Shown in pieces: positions 18,882-20,000 of a DNA stretch of 20,000 nt (its first letter is position 1; each line of letters opens with the position of its first letter). The DNA lies in IMG/VR virus record IMGVR_UViG_3300025121_000046; one strand, 5' to 3'. The notes under the pieces are model-generated. The model had not been told where the DNA came from and made no database searches. It was given only the letters and a program-made list of their open reading frames with translations. The position numbers and the translations under genes were made by a program. This stretch comes from an uncultured virus (IMG/VR IMGVR_UViG_3300025121_000046). Taxonomy: Duplodnaviria; Heunggongvirae; Uroviricota; Caudoviricetes; Crassvirales.

Positions 18882-19156
18882 TTAATATAATATTTTGCAT
18901 ATTCATCAATCGCTTTATTGAAATTGATCAATCCCTGTTTTCCAGTAAACATTATATAAACTCTATCTGAAACTACAGGATCACAACCAATATAATAATT
19001 ATCTCTTATTGTAGATAACTTGTTCTTCCAATTGATAGGTTGTACAAGTTGCATAGGGGCAAGTTTGACAGGTTCTTCTGGAATAAGTAGTTTTGGTGCA
19101 ATAACACCAGCTGCTACAACTGCAGGGATTAACCTGAGAAATTTTCGTCTATCCAT
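18878..19156 (-). CDS. Small protein with twin-arginine-like leader followed by MCP- and TerL-like peptide fragments
   Basis: MDRRKFLRLIPAVVAAGVIAP leader; internal similarity to this window's MCP (see findings); overlaps both neighbouring genes. Confidence 0.75.
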   Translation of the reverse strand: MDRRKFLRLIPAVVAAGVIAPKLLIPEEPVKLAPMQLVQPINWKNKLSTIRDNYYIGCDPVVSDRVYIMFTGKQGLINFNKAIDEYAKYYIK

Positions 19157-19532
19157 AAATTAATGAAATATCATATATCCCTAATTCTCTCCTTTTTTTT
19201 ATTATCTCACCTATTTCGATAGGCAGATACGCAGTTATTTCTGTAGACATCATAAAGTCATAAAAAACTTCTCGTGGTAAATATTCAGCAAAATGAAACA
19301 TTATATCAGTACATCGTTTTGACCATATAAAACATTCATTTAATTCTTTTCTGAATCGTTGTCTTTCGATATTTCTCTGTCTGAATTCTTCATGTATTTT
19401 TTCTCTGTTCGATTCAATCTCAGACATACATTCACGATATTCTTTGTCTGATTTAATATTATTATTCATATCACTCCATTTAATATAAAAATAGATTGCA
19501 ACGAATATTGGTAATAAATATAATATTTCCAT
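19149..19532 (-). CDS. Hypothetical protein with N-terminal membrane anchor
   Basis: MEILYLLPIFVAIYFYI hydrophobic start, then a charged helix. Confidence 0.65.
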   Translation of the reverse strand: MEILYLLPIFVAIYFYIKWSDMNNNIKSDKEYRECMSEIESNREKIHEEFRQRNIERQRFRKELNECFIWSKRCTDIMFHFAEYLPREVFYDFMMSTEITAYLPIEIGEIIKKRRELGIYDISLIYG

Positions 19533-19733
19533 TTAACTCATTGAATAATTAAAGATTCTTTTCTTTCCGCTTCTTCTCCTTCTGATAGTAGTTCCATTAT
19601 GAATGATACTATAGAGGTTATCATTATGATCGAAATAAGATATAGAAGTTGCAATAAGATTCATAAACTGAATCTCCTCTACACACTGATAATAGTACTG
19701 TCCTGCCTCTTCTATGTAATCAATCCTTATCAT
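19533..19733 (-). CDS. Small hypothetical protein with terminase Walker-like peptides
   Basis: 66 aa; ATGA-coupled upstream and abutting the downstream ATG; contains IDYIEEAG and GTTIRRRRSGK. Confidence 0.6.
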   Translation of the reverse strand: MIRIDYIEEAGQYYYQCVEEIQFMNLIATSISYFDHNDNLYSIIHNGTTIRRRRSGKKRIFNYSMS

Positions 19734-20000
19734 TTTACTTCTTTAAAAAAATCATCAAATCCACTACCATCTCTCTTATCCGGCTGCCTGGTTTCTCTCC
19801 GGACTTTAACTTGCTCAGATTGCTTTATATGTTCAATAGGTCCGGTATTATCGTTACTTCTTACTTCTCGTCTTTCGATTCGTCCGACTTTCTGTATTCG
19901 TTGTTTTCCCCGGACCAGATCTGAACATCCACAGATTACCGATTCATCAACATAGAGTACATTACCATTAATGAACCAACCTCGTATCTTGTTATACGAT
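19730..20000 (-). CDS. Hypothetical protein, 3' part only
   Basis: Manual translation from 19999, open for 89 codons: SYNKIRGWFINGNVLYVDESVICGCSDLVRGKQRIQ...GSGFDDFFKEVK, then TGA (19732-19730) overlapping the next ATG. Confidence 0.65.
   Translation of the reverse strand, partial: SYNKIRGWFINGNVLYVDESVICGCSDLVRGKQRIQKVGRIERREVRSNDNTGPIEHIKQSEQVKVRRETRQPDKRDGSGFDDFFKEVK

Noticed and set aside
18573..19532. Possible further TerL fragments: YAFGTS (102-aa ORF) vs VSFGTG, and FAEYLPRE (127-aa ORF) vs IAEEPRT
   Set aside because: Only 3-4 residue matches, indistinguishable from chance by eye.
99..19955. Plus-strand ORFs and nested alternative-frame minus ORFs in the track
   Set aside because: They are shadows of well-supported minus-strand genes and show no recognisable motifs.
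1..20000. Stop-codon reassignment (TAG or TGA), known in some crAss-like phages
   Set aside because: Long genes are intact in the standard code and tile the window; TGA stops form ATGA couplings and the TAG at 8862-8864 gives a sensible gene end.
1..20000. CRISPR array, tRNA, rRNA or DGR template repeat
   Set aside because: No spaced direct repeats or tRNA-like segments seen. The MCP-like fragment differs at all base types, not only adenines, and no reverse transcriptase is present in the window.

Overview
Segment of a crAss-like (Crassvirales-type, probably Bacteroidota-infecting) phage genome; all credible genes are on the minus strand. In transcription order (right to left): (i) a cluster of small ORFs (18573-20000); (ii) a sugar/SAM-chemistry cassette with two GT-A-like glycosyltransferases, a B12-binding radical SAM enzyme, a SPASM/twitch radical SAM enzyme, a class I methyltransferase and a UDP-glucose/GDP-mannose dehydrogenase with a 368-aa LAGLIDADG intein at its catalytic Cys; (iii) a DUF3127-like SSB and a GroES co-chaperonin; (iv) a non-coding gap with a Bacteroidota-type promoter and a terminator-like hairpin; (v) the head/packaging module (HTH protein, IHF/HU-like protein, candidate small terminase, TerL, portal, acidic scaffold-like protein, major capsid protein (MCP) and two conserved downstream genes). 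Most notable: three small ORFs at the right end appear to be mosaics of short peptides resembling the phage's own MCP and TerL active-site motifs, possibly decoys against host pattern-recognition immunity. Also notable: a candidate ~85-nt RNA with a 12-nt segment antisense to the portal translation start. All assignments come from motif recognition by eye; no database searches were run.
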